This document shows positions 1 through 10,206 of a DNA stretch of 52,412 bases, piece by piece. Numbering within the stretch: the first letter of the stretch is position 1; each line of letters opens with the position of its first letter. The stretch comes from Acidobacteriota bacterium (GTDB taxonomy: Bacteria > Acidobacteriota > UBA890), in the NCBI GenBank assembly GCA_002731215.1, contig PCAP01000015.1, positions 1 to 52,412 on the forward strand. Reading direction: 5' to 3'. The notes beneath the pieces were generated by a model. It was not told the DNA's origin and did not search any database. It saw only the letters and a program-made list of their open reading frames with translations. Position numbers and translations under genes: made by a program.

Positions 1-215
1 AGGGGCTTTTAGATTATCCTCAGTACACACGCCCGGCCGATTTTCGGGGATACACGGCACCGTTGGTTCTAAGATCGGGGAATCACCAAGCGATCGCCAC
101 GTGGCGACGGCAGCAGTCGTTACTAGCAACAGCGCGTAAGCGTCCCGATCTGCTCGTCACCAAGACGCTATCTGAACAAGATCAAGTATTTTTGAAGAAC
201 GCAACGAGGGAGTAG
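1..215 (+). CDS. trmD: tRNA (guanine-37-N1)-methyltransferase, 3' part (5'-truncated by window edge; frame starts at nt 3)
   Basis: Own translation [49 protein letters not shown](213-215) matches the TrmD C-terminal motifs (YTRP, SGNH, RPDLL); directly upstream of rplS. Confidence 0.95.
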   Translation, partial: GLLDYPQYTRPADFRGYTAPLVLRSGNHQAIATWRRQQSLLATARKRPDLLVTKTLSEQDQVFLKNATRE

Positions 216-220
216 TCATC

Positions 221-568
221 GTGGACGTCATGAAGATGATTGAGAGTCGCGGGCAGAAGCAGGAAATTCCTGATTTCAGCCCAGGTGATACCGTGAAGGT
301 TCACCAACGAGTCATCGAAGGTAACAAGGAACGCATCCAAGTGTTCGAAGGCGTGGTGGTTGCAAAACGTGGCAGCCGCAACAATGCTAGCTTCACGGTG
401 CGGAAAATCTCGTACGGCATCGGTGTCGAGCGCGTCTTTGCATTGCATTCGCCTAACATTGAGAGCATCGAAGTTACCCGGTTGGGTAAGGTTCGCAGGG
501 CTAAGCTGTATTATCTTCGAAGTCGTTCTGGAAAAGCGGCTCGCATCAAGGAGAAGCGAACCCAATAG
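221..568 (+). CDS. rplS: 50S ribosomal protein L19
   Basis: [46 protein letters not shown]; GTG start with GAGGGAG SD. Confidence 0.98.
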   Translation: MDVMKMIESRGQKQEIPDFSPGDTVKVHQRVIEGNKERIQVFEGVVVAKRGSRNNASFTVRKISYGIGVERVFALHSPNIESIEVTRLGKVRRAKLYYLRSRSGKAARIKEKRTQ

Positions 569-1179
569 AGCCTTTCGAGCAGGAACTGAGGCAGTCTGGC
601 CTGAGCCGGATCGCTGGGCTTGACGAGGTGGGCCGAGGGTCGCTTTTTGGGCCTGTAATCGCGGCCGCTGCTGTCGTTGATCCATTACGGAAGACCAAAG
701 GCGTCAACGACTCTAAGAAGCTCACCGCATCGCAGCGCTGTGAGTGTTTCAAGCTGTTGGTCAAGGACCTTGACGATTGGTCGATCGGCATCGCGTCGGC
801 GACCGAGATTGATCGGCTCAATATCTCTGAGGCAACACGGGTAGCGATGTTGCGCGCAATAGAGGGTTTGCGGAAACCACCAGATTACCTCCTGATTGAT
901 GGGCACATAGAACTCGACGTGCAGATTCCACAGAGATCTTTGGTGAAGGGTGACGCTCGGTGTTTGTCGATAGCCGCGGCGTCGGTTCTTGCCAAGGTCG
1001 CCCGAGACACCTTGGTGGCTGGTTACGCTCGTCGTGTCCAAGGTTACGGTTTGAGCCGAAATATGGGTTACGGGACCTTGGAACATCGGCGCGCCCTTGC
1101 TGATCAGGGGCCAAGCGAGTTTCATCGCCGCAGTTTTCACGTTAAGGGCAAGCTTCCCTTTACTGAGACAGACGTATGA
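565..1179 (+). CDS. rnhB: Ribonuclease HII (start uncertain; ATA at 565 proposed)
   Basis: [10 protein letters not shown] motif begins upstream of the ORF-track start (628); [34 protein letters not shown] motifs present. Confidence 0.93.
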   Translation: MEPFEQELRQSGLSRIAGLDEVGRGSLFGPVIAAAAVVDPLRKTKGVNDSKKLTASQRCECFKLLVKDLDDWSIGIASATEIDRLNISEATRVAMLRAIEGLRKPPDYLLIDGHIELDVQIPQRSLVKGDARCLSIAAASVLAKVARDTLVAGYARRVQGYGLSRNMGYGTLEHRRALADQGPSEFHRRSFHVKGKLPFTETDV

Positions 1180-3182
1180 TTGTCGACCTTAGGCGGGTAG
1201 TTGCTGCGGCGGTGGTGAAAGCGGTTGCCGAAGTGACCAGTGAAACTATCGACATTCCATCTGTCGAGGATCCACCGAGGCCTGAGTTTGGCGACCTGGC
1301 AATCCCTGTTGCACTCGAGCTTGGCCGTAGCCTTGGTCGCCCGCCACGTCAGCTTGCAGAGGAACTGATTGAGTGGCTTGAAGCGAACCCGGTAGCCGGT
1401 GTGAGTCGCTGGCAAATCGCCGGCCCCGGGTATTTGAACGCTTTCTTTGACCGTGGATGGGTATTCGATCAAATCCTTGGCACACTGGATAGTGTCTCCG
1501 ATGAGCAGCGGCTTCCGGCCAGTGTCGATACAAAACAGATCGTTGAACACACGAGCATCAACCCCAACAAGGCGGCGCATATTGGCCACCTGCGCAATGC
1601 TTGTCTCGGTGACACTTTGGCGCGTGTAGTTCGTAGTCAGGGAATTGATGTCGAAGTGCAGAACTATATCGATGACACTGGTGTGCAGGTTGCGGATGTT
1701 GTGCTCGGTTTTACAGAGATCCGTGGTCTGGATGCTGAGGCAGTTGCAGCTCTTCCCGACCCTTTCGATTATGCCTGCTGGGATCTGTACACCGAGGTTA
1801 CCGAGCTTCTTGAGAACAATGAGGTTCTGCAAGCACGGCGGCGCGAGGTTTTGCTGTCACTTGAGCGTCAGAGCGGCCCCGAAGCTGAGTTAGGCGCCAT
1901 CATCGCCGACCGAATTACCCGTTGCCATATTGCCACAATGGAACGCCTTGGCATCCGTTATGATCTCTTGGTTCGCGAAGGTGACGTCGTGGGACTCGAA
2001 CTGTGGGCGACTGCTCTTGAGCGACTGAGTACGAGTGACCGTGTCTATTTCGCTGATGGAGGCAAACACGACGGCTGCTGGATGATGCGTCTTGAAGGCC
2101 TACCAGGTTTCGAGGATCTCGAGGAACCGAACAAGGTGCTAGTGCGTTCCAACGGCGCGGCGACATACGTGGCCAAGGACATTGCCTACCACATGTGGAA
2201 ATATGGCTTACTCGACGACGTATTTGCGTATGAGAGTTATGCGGAGATTCTAGATACGCATGTTGCCTACCGGAGCGCCCGTCCAGGAAGTGCTAATGCC
2301 CGTTCGATGCCTGGTCGCTTCGGCGGCGCAAGATCAGGCTTCAATGTTATCGATGTGCGTCAGTCGTATCTGCAACAAATCGTTGGCGTAGCGCTGACCG
2401 CCTTGAGTAGAGATTCAGAGATCGAAGTCTCACACACTCATTTCTCCTACGAGATGGTGGCGTTGACACCGCGCACCGCGGAAACCTTAGGTATCCCGGT
2501 GGCGAAAGACGACCAATGTAAGGCTTATATCGAAATGTCAGGGCGCCGGGGCTATGGCGTCAAAGCTGACGACCTTCTCGACGTTCTTGAGAAACGGGGC
2601 GCAACCGAGGTCGCCAAGCGCAATCCTGCGCTTGATGCAGCTGAGGTCGAGGAATTAGGCCGCCAGATCGCCGTTGGAGCGTTGCGCTACTTCCTGGTCA
2701 AATTCTCTCGTAACAAGGTGATTGCCTTTGACCTCGAAGAAGCGCTGAGTTTCGAAGGTGAGACCGGTCCATATCTCCAGTACGCTGCAGTCCGGGCGCA
2801 TAGCATCTTTGCCAAGCTCGAAGAGCGCTGGGGAAAGAGTGAGGAAGAGGTTGTTGGCGAAGCGCGATCGATGCTTGTCGCTGGACGATTGGGCTCCGAG
2901 CTTGTTGGGGAAGAAGCTTCGGAGTTGTGGAACCTGATAGTCCAGCTTATGCGACTCGAGTATGTCATCGAGCAGACAGTGACGAACCTGGAAATTTCAA
3001 CGCTTGCGAAGCACGCTTTTGGTCTCGCCCAGGCGTTCAACCACTTCTACCATCGGTATCCGATTCTCAAGGAGGAAAATGAAACTAAGCGTGCACTCAG
3101 AATTCTCTTGGCGTACGTTTTCCGAGTGCACTTCAGCGAGGTCCTGAGTTTACTGGGCATACCTGTGCCCGAGCGGATGTAG
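1176..3182 (+). CDS. argS: Arginine--tRNA ligase
   Basis: EHTSINPNKAAHIGHLRN (HIGH), EMSGRRG, FEGETGPYLQYA, C-terminal GIPVPERM. Confidence 0.97.
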   Translation: MIVDLRRVVAAAVVKAVAEVTSETIDIPSVEDPPRPEFGDLAIPVALELGRSLGRPPRQLAEELIEWLEANPVAGVSRWQIAGPGYLNAFFDRGWVFDQILGTLDSVSDEQRLPASVDTKQIVEHTSINPNKAAHIGHLRNACLGDTLARVVRSQGIDVEVQNYIDDTGVQVADVVLGFTEIRGLDAEAVAALPDPFDYACWDLYTEVTELLENNEVLQARRREVLLSLERQSGPEAELGAIIADRITRCHIATMERLGIRYDLLVREGDVVGLELWATALERLSTSDRVYFADGGKHDGCWMMRLEGLPGFEDLEEPNKVLVRSNGAATYVAKDIAYHMWKYGLLDDVFAYESYAEILDTHVAYRSARPGSANARSMPGRFGGARSGFNVIDVRQSYLQQIVGVALTALSRDSEIEVSHTHFSYEMVALTPRTAETLGIPVAKDDQCKAYIEMSGRRGYGVKADDLLDVLEKRGATEVAKRNPALDAAEVEELGRQIAVGALRYFLVKFSRNKVIAFDLEEALSFEGETGPYLQYAAVRAHSIFAKLEERWGKSEEEVVGEARSMLVAGRLGSELVGEEASELWNLIVQLMRLEYVIEQTVTNLEISTLAKHAFGLAQAFNHFYHRYPILKEENETKRALRILLAYVFRVHFSEVLSLLGIPVPERM

Positions 3183-3266
3183 GTAGTTGCGCGATGTGCA
3201 AAACCAATGACACCGCACAGGATCGTTAATGCGAAACTCCATCAGCATCGGTGGATTTTCGAGTCT

Positions 3267-5678
3267 CTACTGCGGCGGCGATGGCAAACTACCGTATTTT
3301 TCGGCGACGTAAGCGGCATCGACCAGCAAGCGTCGAGGCTTTGATCCCTCCGGGGGGCCAACCAGACCGTCCGCCTCCATCATGTCGACGATACGGCCAG
3401 CACGAGCATACCCGAGCCGTAACTTTCGCTGGATGTTCGAGATTGAAGCTTCGCCAGCGTTAACAACCAGGCGGAGGGCTTCTTCGAAGTGTTCATCGCG
3501 GTCATTAGCAGGTTCGTCGGCGTTCTTTTGTTCTGTTCCTTCCGGTGGTGGGAGTGTGACTTCCTGAGCGTATTGCGGCCGTGCCTGGTTACGCCAGAAG
3601 TCGACTACTGCGCGAACTTCATCCTCGTCGACATAGGCGCCATGCACGCGTTGTAACCGCGAGGTACCGGGAGCCAGGAACAGCATATCTCCTTGGCCGA
3701 GTAGGTTTTCGGCCCCGTGCGAATCAAGGATGACTCGTGAGTCAGTCTTCGACGCGACGCGGAACGAAATACGGGCCGGCAAGTTGTTCTTGATCGTGCC
3801 AGTAATAACGTCAACTGATGGCCGTTGTGTAGCAAGGATCATATGAATACCAACAGCACGCGCCATCTGTGCTAGTCGCATGATGCAAACTTCGACCGAT
3901 GCTGATGCACGCATCATCAAGTCGGCGAGCTCGTCGATGACGACAACGAGGTAGGGGAGTGGCTTGAGATCCGAGGGGGTAAAGCCGGTACCCGTGGCAC
4001 CATGATGAGACTTTGTGGCTCTGGCAAGCAGCTCTTCCTCGCCACGTTGCAACATTATGTTGAACTGCTCAATGTTACGGACGCCGAATTCAGCTAGCCT
4101 GCGGTAGCGCTTGTCCATCTCGCGTACAGCCCAGCCGAGCGCATTAGAAGCCCGGTCGGCGTCGAGCACTACCGGTGTCAAGAGGTGAGGCAGGTCTTCG
4201 TAAAGACCAAATTCGAGACGCTTGGGATCCACGAGTATGAGCTTTACTTCGTCTGGAGACGCTTTGTAAAGAAGGCTCAGCAGCATCGAGTTCAGTGCCA
4301 CGCTTTTACCTGAACCTGTTGTCCCGGCGATTAGTAAGTGTGGCGCACGAGCCAGGTCCGCGACAACGTTGTCTCCGTGGATCTCCTTACCGATTGCCAA
4401 GCTTAGCTTTGAATGGGACTTTTGAAATTGTTTGGACTCAAAGATTTCGCGAAGACGAATGACCTTTCGGCTGCTATTCGGAGCTTCGATGCCAACTGTA
4501 GACTTGCCCGGTAGTCGCGCTATGCGAACGCTTTCCGCTCGCAGGGCTAGACTGAGATCTTCGCTGAGGTTGACGATCTGACTGTATTTCACGCCAGCTG
4601 ATGGTTGAAACTCATAGGTGGTGACCACCGGACCGGGATGGATTGCCACAACTTCGCCGGCCACCTTAAACTCAGCACCCTTATTAGAGATCGCTTTTGC
4701 CTTTTCGACGAATTCTGATTCATTGATCTCTTCATGTGGAGACGGTAGATCGAGCAGGTCAATTTCTGGCAAAGCGTAGGAACCACCTGGCCCCGCTGGC
4801 TGCTCGAAAGGTAGAGGGTCGGGTTCTGGCGATGGTTTTACCTTCTTGCGTGGCTTGGTCGGGGATGTTTCCTCCACACCTGGGGCGACCATTACCTCGG
4901 GAAGTTCTGCATCAGATCGTGTGAGCGTGACCGGGACCTTCACTTTTAGCACCGGGCCACCCGTTTTTGGTATCTCTGTGCCCTTCTTGCCTGCGAGCAT
5001 GCCTGTTTTCTTAACGTTCGCGCGCGCGGCGTGCTTGTCAATGACTGTCCGCCGCGCCTTAGCCTTACGGCGGCGTTCACGAGTGTGAGCGAAGCTAGTA
5101 CGCATACGACGGAGGGTATTAATCAGTCCCTTCCATGACGCCATTATCATGACTTCAAGTGACAGGCTGGTTGCTGCGATGACCGCCAAAATTGCTGTGG
5201 TAAAGCAGACAAGAGGACCACCGACAGGGCCAAACGTCGACAACAATGCCGCTGCAGTCAGTGTTCCTACGATGCCGCCAGAAGGGAACCCAGCACCACC
5301 ATAGCTGATTGTGCCGATACTTATAGTAGCCAGCCCACACACTGAGGTGGTCAACGTGACGGTGCCCAGGAGTTTAGTGAACGGTGACTCGATTCTGCGA
5401 TGCCGAATACGGTTCCATCCGACCAGTGCGAGGACGAATGCGCACAACCAGGCACCAAGCCCCACCATCTGGAACGCGACTGCCGCTAACGTTGCCCCGA
5501 CCGGACCCGCCCAGTTCTGGACTGGGCTGCCGGCTGCGAAATCAAATGGATTGGGGTCCGTAGCCGTATATGAGAATAAAGCCGCTGCTACAAAGATGGC
5601 GGCTGCCATGCAGGCGAATCCAATAGCTTCGTCGCGGAAACGGACCTGGGAAGCGGGGCGCTTGCGTTTGCGAGCCAC
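3267..5678 (-). CDS. ftsK: DNA translocase FtsK/SpoIIIE
   Basis: N-terminal TM segments; PHLLIAGTTGSGKS Walker A, VVIDELADLMM, ATQRPSVDVITG; gamma domain IQRKLRLGYARAGRIVD. Confidence 0.97.
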   Translation of the reverse strand: MARKRKRPASQVRFRDEAIGFACMAAAIFVAAALFSYTATDPNPFDFAAGSPVQNWAGPVGATLAAVAFQMVGLGAWLCAFVLALVGWNRIRHRRIESPFTKLLGTVTLTTSVCGLATISIGTISYGGAGFPSGGIVGTLTAAALLSTFGPVGGPLVCFTTAILAVIAATSLSLEVMIMASWKGLINTLRRMRTSFAHTRERRRKAKARRTVIDKHAARANVKKTGMLAGKKGTEIPKTGGPVLKVKVPVTLTRSDAELPEVMVAPGVEETSPTKPRKKVKPSPEPDPLPFEQPAGPGGSYALPEIDLLDLPSPHEEINESEFVEKAKAISNKGAEFKVAGEVVAIHPGPVVTTYEFQPSAGVKYSQIVNLSEDLSLALRAESVRIARLPGKSTVGIEAPNSSRKVIRLREIFESKQFQKSHSKLSLAIGKEIHGDNVVADLARAPHLLIAGTTGSGKSVALNSMLLSLLYKASPDEVKLILVDPKRLEFGLYEDLPHLLTPVVLDADRASNALGWAVREMDKRYRRLAEFGVRNIEQFNIMLQRGEEELLARATKSHHGATGTGFTPSDLKPLPYLVVVIDELADLMMRASASVEVCIMRLAQMARAVGIHMILATQRPSVDVITGTIKNNLPARISFRVASKTDSRVILDSHGAENLLGQGDMLFLAPGTSRLQRVHGAYVDEDEVRAVVDFWRNQARPQYAQEVTLPPPEGTEQKNADEPANDRDEHFEEALRLVVNAGEASISNIQRKLRLGYARAGRIVDMMEADGLVGPPEGSKPRRLLVDAAYVAEKYGSLPSPPQ

Positions 5679-5747
5679 TTAAAAACCCCTGGCGTTATGG
5701 CTCCTAGGCGGAGCTCGCACCTTGGTTCCTCGCCTCCCAGGGTTCTC

Positions 5748-6572
5748 CTAAGAATTCCCCAGCGCGAGCCACGCGAGCACCGATGACAACGCCCATAGAT
5801 ACCAAGCGAATCGATGCCACCACTTTTCCGAGGTGGCACGGTGCACAAGCCCAATGCAAATGTATCCAATCGCCCCAGCGGAGAGCGTAGCAAAGGCGAG
5901 GTTGGTGAACAAGATCTCTGTGCCGATAGTGGTTTCATGCAAATTAAGGCCAACAATCAAAGTTGCGCCGAGAATGGCCGGAACAGAAAGCAAAAAAGAA
6001 AAAGTCACCGCCTGCCGGTGCGCAATGCCAAATAACAAGGCGAGAGAAATAGTGAGACCGGAACGTGAGATGCCAGGGAGCATCGCTGCCCCCTGAATTG
6101 TCCCGATGGCGATGGCGAGCGCTGGAGTGATGGCGTGTTCGCGGCGTGGCACGAAGTTGGTTGTCATCAAGACGACCCCGGATAGTGCCAAACAAAGGGC
6201 GATGAGATCTAGGCGTTGAAAAGCACCACGGATTAAGCTTTCGAAGCCAAGGCCGATAGCCGCCGTCGGAATAGAAGCGAGAATGATATAGACAGTCCAG
6301 TGACGAGCAAGAAGTCCATCGACAACTTGGTTGTCCCACTGCCCCTTTAGAATTTTGACCAGCAAATGCCGATAGTAGAAAAGCACGGCACCGGTAGTTC
6401 CCAGGTGCACGCTAACTTCGAACAGCTCTCCAGGAAACTGCATTGCTGGCCAGATGAGCTGCGCGGCGGCCAGGTGGCCGCTACTCGAAACCGGGAGAAA
6501 CTCAGTTAACCCCTGAATGACTGCCAAGATGATCGAATAGGCAAGTGATATTGAGGTGGCGGCATTGTTCAC
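5748..6572 (-). CDS. uppP: Undecaprenyl-diphosphatase (BacA family)
   Basis: IQGLTEFLPVSSSGH and PGISRSG motifs; polytopic membrane protein. Confidence 0.95.
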   Translation of the reverse strand: MNNAATSISLAYSIILAVIQGLTEFLPVSSSGHLAAAQLIWPAMQFPGELFEVSVHLGTTGAVLFYYRHLLVKILKGQWDNQVVDGLLARHWTVYIILASIPTAAIGLGFESLIRGAFQRLDLIALCLALSGVVLMTTNFVPRREHAITPALAIAIGTIQGAAMLPGISRSGLTISLALLFGIAHRQAVTFSFLLSVPAILGATLIVGLNLHETTIGTEILFTNLAFATLSAGAIGYICIGLVHRATSEKWWHRFAWYLWALSSVLAWLALGNS

Positions 6573-7363
6573 TGGACAAGCTCCGGCAGCTCTTCAGCCA
6601 GACGGGCAAATTGAATTACTTTAAGAGACTCAGCCCTTGTACTTATGTCAATATCAACTGCGGCGAGCGCCCTCTCGATTTCATCTCGTTGCCAGCCAGA
6701 TTGACGCAGTGAATTTAATAACGTCTTCCGTCGGTGTGCGAAACTACCCTGCACAACGGTTTCCCAATGTTGTCGTCGGGCAGCACAGGATGGCGGTTCA
6801 TGTGGTTGTAGGCGAACGAATGCTGACTTGATCTTAGGCTCAGGACGAAAAGCCCCTGGGCCCAAGCGCCGTAGCATCTTGCCGTCGAAGAACCAGCCAA
6901 TAAGCACAGACAAGAGCGCCCGTTCCGAGGAACCGGCCGCCGCCAATATTCGTTTTGCAATATCCATTGGGACCATATAGTAAGCGTCGGAAACGATTTT
7001 ATGGTGCTCAACAGTCCAGCGCAGGATTGGACTGGCGATGGCGTACGGCAGGTTACCGACGAAACGCAGTTCGTGCCCGTTAGACTTTGGGGGGTCGTAT
7101 TCGAGAACGTCACTGTGAATTACCGAAAGTTTGCCAGCGGAGTTGCGAGCGAGTGCCTCAAGTGTTTCGCAGCAACGCTTGTCGACCTCTATCGTTGTTA
7201 CTCTGACGTCGTGTTGCAACAAGGCACGAGTCATGCGCCCTTCCCCTCCGCCAATTTCGAGGAAGTGGTCACCGCTCCGAGGCTTCATCGAACGCACAAG
7301 GGCGACCGCGAGCTCGTCATTGGCGAGCCAGTTTTGGCTAAATCTTCGTAGAGGGACAGGCAC
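6569..7363 (-). CDS. rsmA: 16S rRNA adenine dimethyltransferase RsmA/KsgA
   Basis: SQNWL, LEIGGGEG, IEVD, GNLPY, AFRPEPKIKSAFV, FAHRRKTLLNSL, RAESL. Confidence 0.9.
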   Translation of the reverse strand: MPVPLRRFSQNWLANDELAVALVRSMKPRSGDHFLEIGGGEGRMTRALLQHDVRVTTIEVDKRCCETLEALARNSAGKLSVIHSDVLEYDPPKSNGHELRFVGNLPYAIASPILRWTVEHHKIVSDAYYMVPMDIAKRILAAAGSSERALLSVLIGWFFDGKMLRRLGPGAFRPEPKIKSAFVRLQPHEPPSCAARRQHWETVVQGSFAHRRKTLLNSLRQSGWQRDEIERALAAVDIDISTRAESLKVIQFARLAEELPELVQ

Positions 7364-7370
7364 GATGGCA

Positions 7371-7376
7371 ATTATA
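7371..7376 (-). promoter_or_regulatory. sigma70 -10 element (TATAAT) 7 nt before the rsmA GTG start
   Basis: Plus-strand ATTATA at 7371-7376; no SD before the GTG. Confidence 0.55.
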
Positions 7377-7382
7377 GTCGCG

Positions 7383-7412
7383 TTGACAGGAAGCTGGGAG
7401 CGTTGCTACTTT
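7383..7412 (+). promoter_or_regulatory. sigma70 promoter for the valS operon
   Basis: TTGACA (7383-7388), 18-nt spacer, TGC-TACTTT extended -10 (7407-7412). Confidence 0.6.
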
Positions 7413-7506
7413 TGCTGTTCCTTCCCGAACTGGTGCTCCAGATTTGTCTCTGGCCTATGAGCGCCCTATTCGGGCACCCAACTTTCTTTGACCGTTTTAT
7501 TTAAGA

Positions 7507-10206
7507 ATGGCCGACCAGAGGGAATCTGCATCGTTCTCGAGAGACGAAATGCCGAAGGGGTACGCCCCTGAATCGGTTGAGCCTCGTTGGACGAAAGTCT
7601 GGGAAGAGCGCGGTGTTGGCACACCGGACCCAGAATCACTAGCCGCAGTCTACTCAATGGTTATTCCACCACCGAATGTGACCGGCTCTCTCCATATTGG
7701 CCACACCTTGGATCACACAATCCAGGACATCATGGCGCGGTGGAAGAGGATGCAAGGCTACGATGTGCTGTGGTTGCCTGGGACTGACCATGCTGGTATC
7801 GCAACCCAGAATGTTGTGGAGAAACAACTTGCAAAGGAAGGCACGACTCGTATCGAGGTTGGTCGCGAAGAATTCGAGCGTCGCGTTTGGAAATGGAAAG
7901 AGGAGTATGGTGGGCGGATTCTCCAGCAAATGCGTCGCGAGGGGCTTACGGTCGATTGGACTCGGGAACGGTTCACTCTAGATGAGGGTCTGTCGAAGGC
8001 GGTCCGACGTGTTTTCGTTGACCTGTATGAGCAAGGGCTCGTCTACCGCGGAGAGTATCTGGTCAACTGGTGTCCCCGATGTGGTACGGCGATATCTGAC
8101 CTGGAAGTTAAGCACCGCGAGACTCAGGGCTCTCTTTGGCGTCTCCGCTACCGATTGAAGAGTGAAGATGGGGAGGCTAGTGCACAGCAATTTGTGGAGG
8201 TAGAGACAACCCGACCGGAAACGATGCTTGGTGACACGGCTCTGGCGGTAAACCCGGATGACAAGCGCTACATTGACCTGGTAGGTAAAACGGCCATCCT
8301 TCCGATCATTGGCCGTGAAATTCCGATCATTGCTGATGATTTCGTGGATCAAGAGTTTGGATCAGGCATCGTCAAAGTTACGCCGTCGCACGATCCGAAC
8401 GACTACGAACTTGGCCTCAGGCACAATCTGGAGCGCGTCAATGTAATCGGCCGTGATGGAAGAATGACGGATGAAGCAGGCGATTTTTCGGGACACGATC
8501 GCTTCGAGGCGCGAAAACATGTCATTCAGAGAATGGAGCAGGATGGTTATCTAGTTGAGCAGAAGGATCACGTCCACGCGGTTGGCTACTGTGACCGGTG
8601 CGATTCGATTATTGAACCGCTGGTATCGCTACAGTGGTTTGTGAAGATGGAGCCACTCGCTCAACCTGCTCTGTCTGCGGTTGAAGATGGCCATATTAAA
8701 TTCATTCCCGGGCACACGGTGAAGGTTTATCGGGAATGGATGACCAACATCCGTGACTGGTGCATTTCTCGACAATTGTGGTGGGGTCACCGGATTCCGG
8801 CTTGGTACTGTGATGATTGCAGCGAAGTCATCGTTGCGTTCGAAGACCCCAAGGCGTGCTCGTGTGGTGGTGAGCTTCGCCAGGAAACCGACGTCCTCGA
8901 CACTTGGTTCTCGTCAGCGTTATTTCCTTTCTCGACGCTGGGTTGGCCCGACGAGACCGTAGACTTGAAACGCTACTACCCCGGAGCGTTACTGGTTACT
9001 GGTTACGACATTTTGTTTTTCTGGGTTGCCCGTATGATTTTTATGGGGCTGCGTTTTTGCGATGAGCCGCCGTTCCGCGAGGTCTTTTTCCACGGGTTGG
9101 TGCGGGATGAGCAAGGCGAAAAAATGAGTAAATCGAGGGGCAACGTCGTTGACCCACTTGAGGTGATCGAGGAGTTTGGTGCTGACTCGCTACGCTTTAC
9201 TTTAGCTTCGATGGCCTCGCCCGGGGGCGACATGGCCCTGGCGCGCGACCGATTGGCAGGTTACCGGACCTTCTGTAACAAGCTATGGAACGCATCAAGG
9301 TTCGTGCTCATGAACTTGGGTAACGAGTGGGAGACTGAGCAAGCAGTGGCTGATGCGGCACACCCTGTGGCCGCGAATCTTGCTGACCGGTGGATCTTGT
9401 CACGATTTTCTCGGCTCCTTCCGAAGTTCGAAGAGAATCTAGGCAAGTATCGTTTTGATGAAGCTAGCCTTGACCTCTACCATTTTGTTTGGCACGAGTT
9501 CTGTGACTGGTATATCGAGATGACTAAGTTGGAGCTGTGGGGCACTGATCCTGAGGCCCTGCGCTCAACGAGAGCGACCCTTGTGGCAGTCCTGGAAGGC
9601 TCGCTGAAAGTGCTTCATCCGATCATGCCGTTCATTACAGAGGAGATTTGGAGCCGCCTTCCCGGCGACCGGCAACTCTTGGTTCTGTCGGATTGGCCGC
9701 ACACTCACCTGGTATGGCGGGACAAAATCGCGGATTCGCGTATCAACGAGTTACAAGCTCTCGTGACCGAGCTTCGCCGCGCAAGGCATGACTTCAACAT
9801 CAGTCCAGGTCAAAAAATCCCGGTTGATCTGATAAGTAGCAACGCGGCACGTCGTGCTGAACTAAATGATTTATCGGATTATCTTGGTTTCCTCGCCAAA
9901 GCGGAGCCGGTGTCAGTTCGATCTGACGACGAGGAGATTGGCACGGGTGTACATGTGCCAGTCGGTGATGTCGAAGTTGTGTTACTGGTTGCTGACATTG
10001 TTGATGTTGCGGGCGAGCGAGACCGTTTGCGAAACAAGTTGGAGAGTGTCCAGGCTGATCTCGCTGGACTTGAACAGCGTCTCGCCAATGATGGGTTCGT
10101 CAACAATGCACCGGCCGAGGTCGTTGAAAAGGTAAGTGTTCGGAGAGATGAACTCGCGGCGGAAGCGGAACGATTGAGTCAACAATTCGCTTTAATGGAT
10201 GGATGA
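7507..10206 (+). CDS. valS: Valine--tRNA ligase
   Basis: PPPNVTGSLHIGH, DWCISRQLWWGHRIP, KMSKS, C-terminal coiled coil. Confidence 0.98.
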   Translation: MADQRESASFSRDEMPKGYAPESVEPRWTKVWEERGVGTPDPESLAAVYSMVIPPPNVTGSLHIGHTLDHTIQDIMARWKRMQGYDVLWLPGTDHAGIATQNVVEKQLAKEGTTRIEVGREEFERRVWKWKEEYGGRILQQMRREGLTVDWTRERFTLDEGLSKAVRRVFVDLYEQGLVYRGEYLVNWCPRCGTAISDLEVKHRETQGSLWRLRYRLKSEDGEASAQQFVEVETTRPETMLGDTALAVNPDDKRYIDLVGKTAILPIIGREIPIIADDFVDQEFGSGIVKVTPSHDPNDYELGLRHNLERVNVIGRDGRMTDEAGDFSGHDRFEARKHVIQRMEQDGYLVEQKDHVHAVGYCDRCDSIIEPLVSLQWFVKMEPLAQPALSAVEDGHIKFIPGHTVKVYREWMTNIRDWCISRQLWWGHRIPAWYCDDCSEVIVAFEDPKACSCGGELRQETDVLDTWFSSALFPFSTLGWPDETVDLKRYYPGALLVTGYDILFFWVARMIFMGLRFCDEPPFREVFFHGLVRDEQGEKMSKSRGNVVDPLEVIEEFGADSLRFTLASMASPGGDMALARDRLAGYRTFCNKLWNASRFVLMNLGNEWETEQAVADAAHPVAANLADRWILSRFSRLLPKFEENLGKYRFDEASLDLYHFVWHEFCDWYIEMTKLELWGTDPEALRSTRATLVAVLEGSLKVLHPIMPFITEEIWSRLPGDRQLLVLSDWPHTHLVWRDKIADSRINELQALVTELRRARHDFNISPGQKIPVDLISSNAARRAELNDLSDYLGFLAKAEPVSVRSDDEEIGTGVHVPVGDVEVVLLVADIVDVAGERDRLRNKLESVQADLAGLEQRLANDGFVNNAPAEVVEKVSVRRDELAAEAERLSQQFALMDG

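Noticed and set aside
7413-7506. Possible T-box leader for valS
   Set aside because: The leader is only ~90 nt, with no GGTGG-ACC T-box motif or Stem I.
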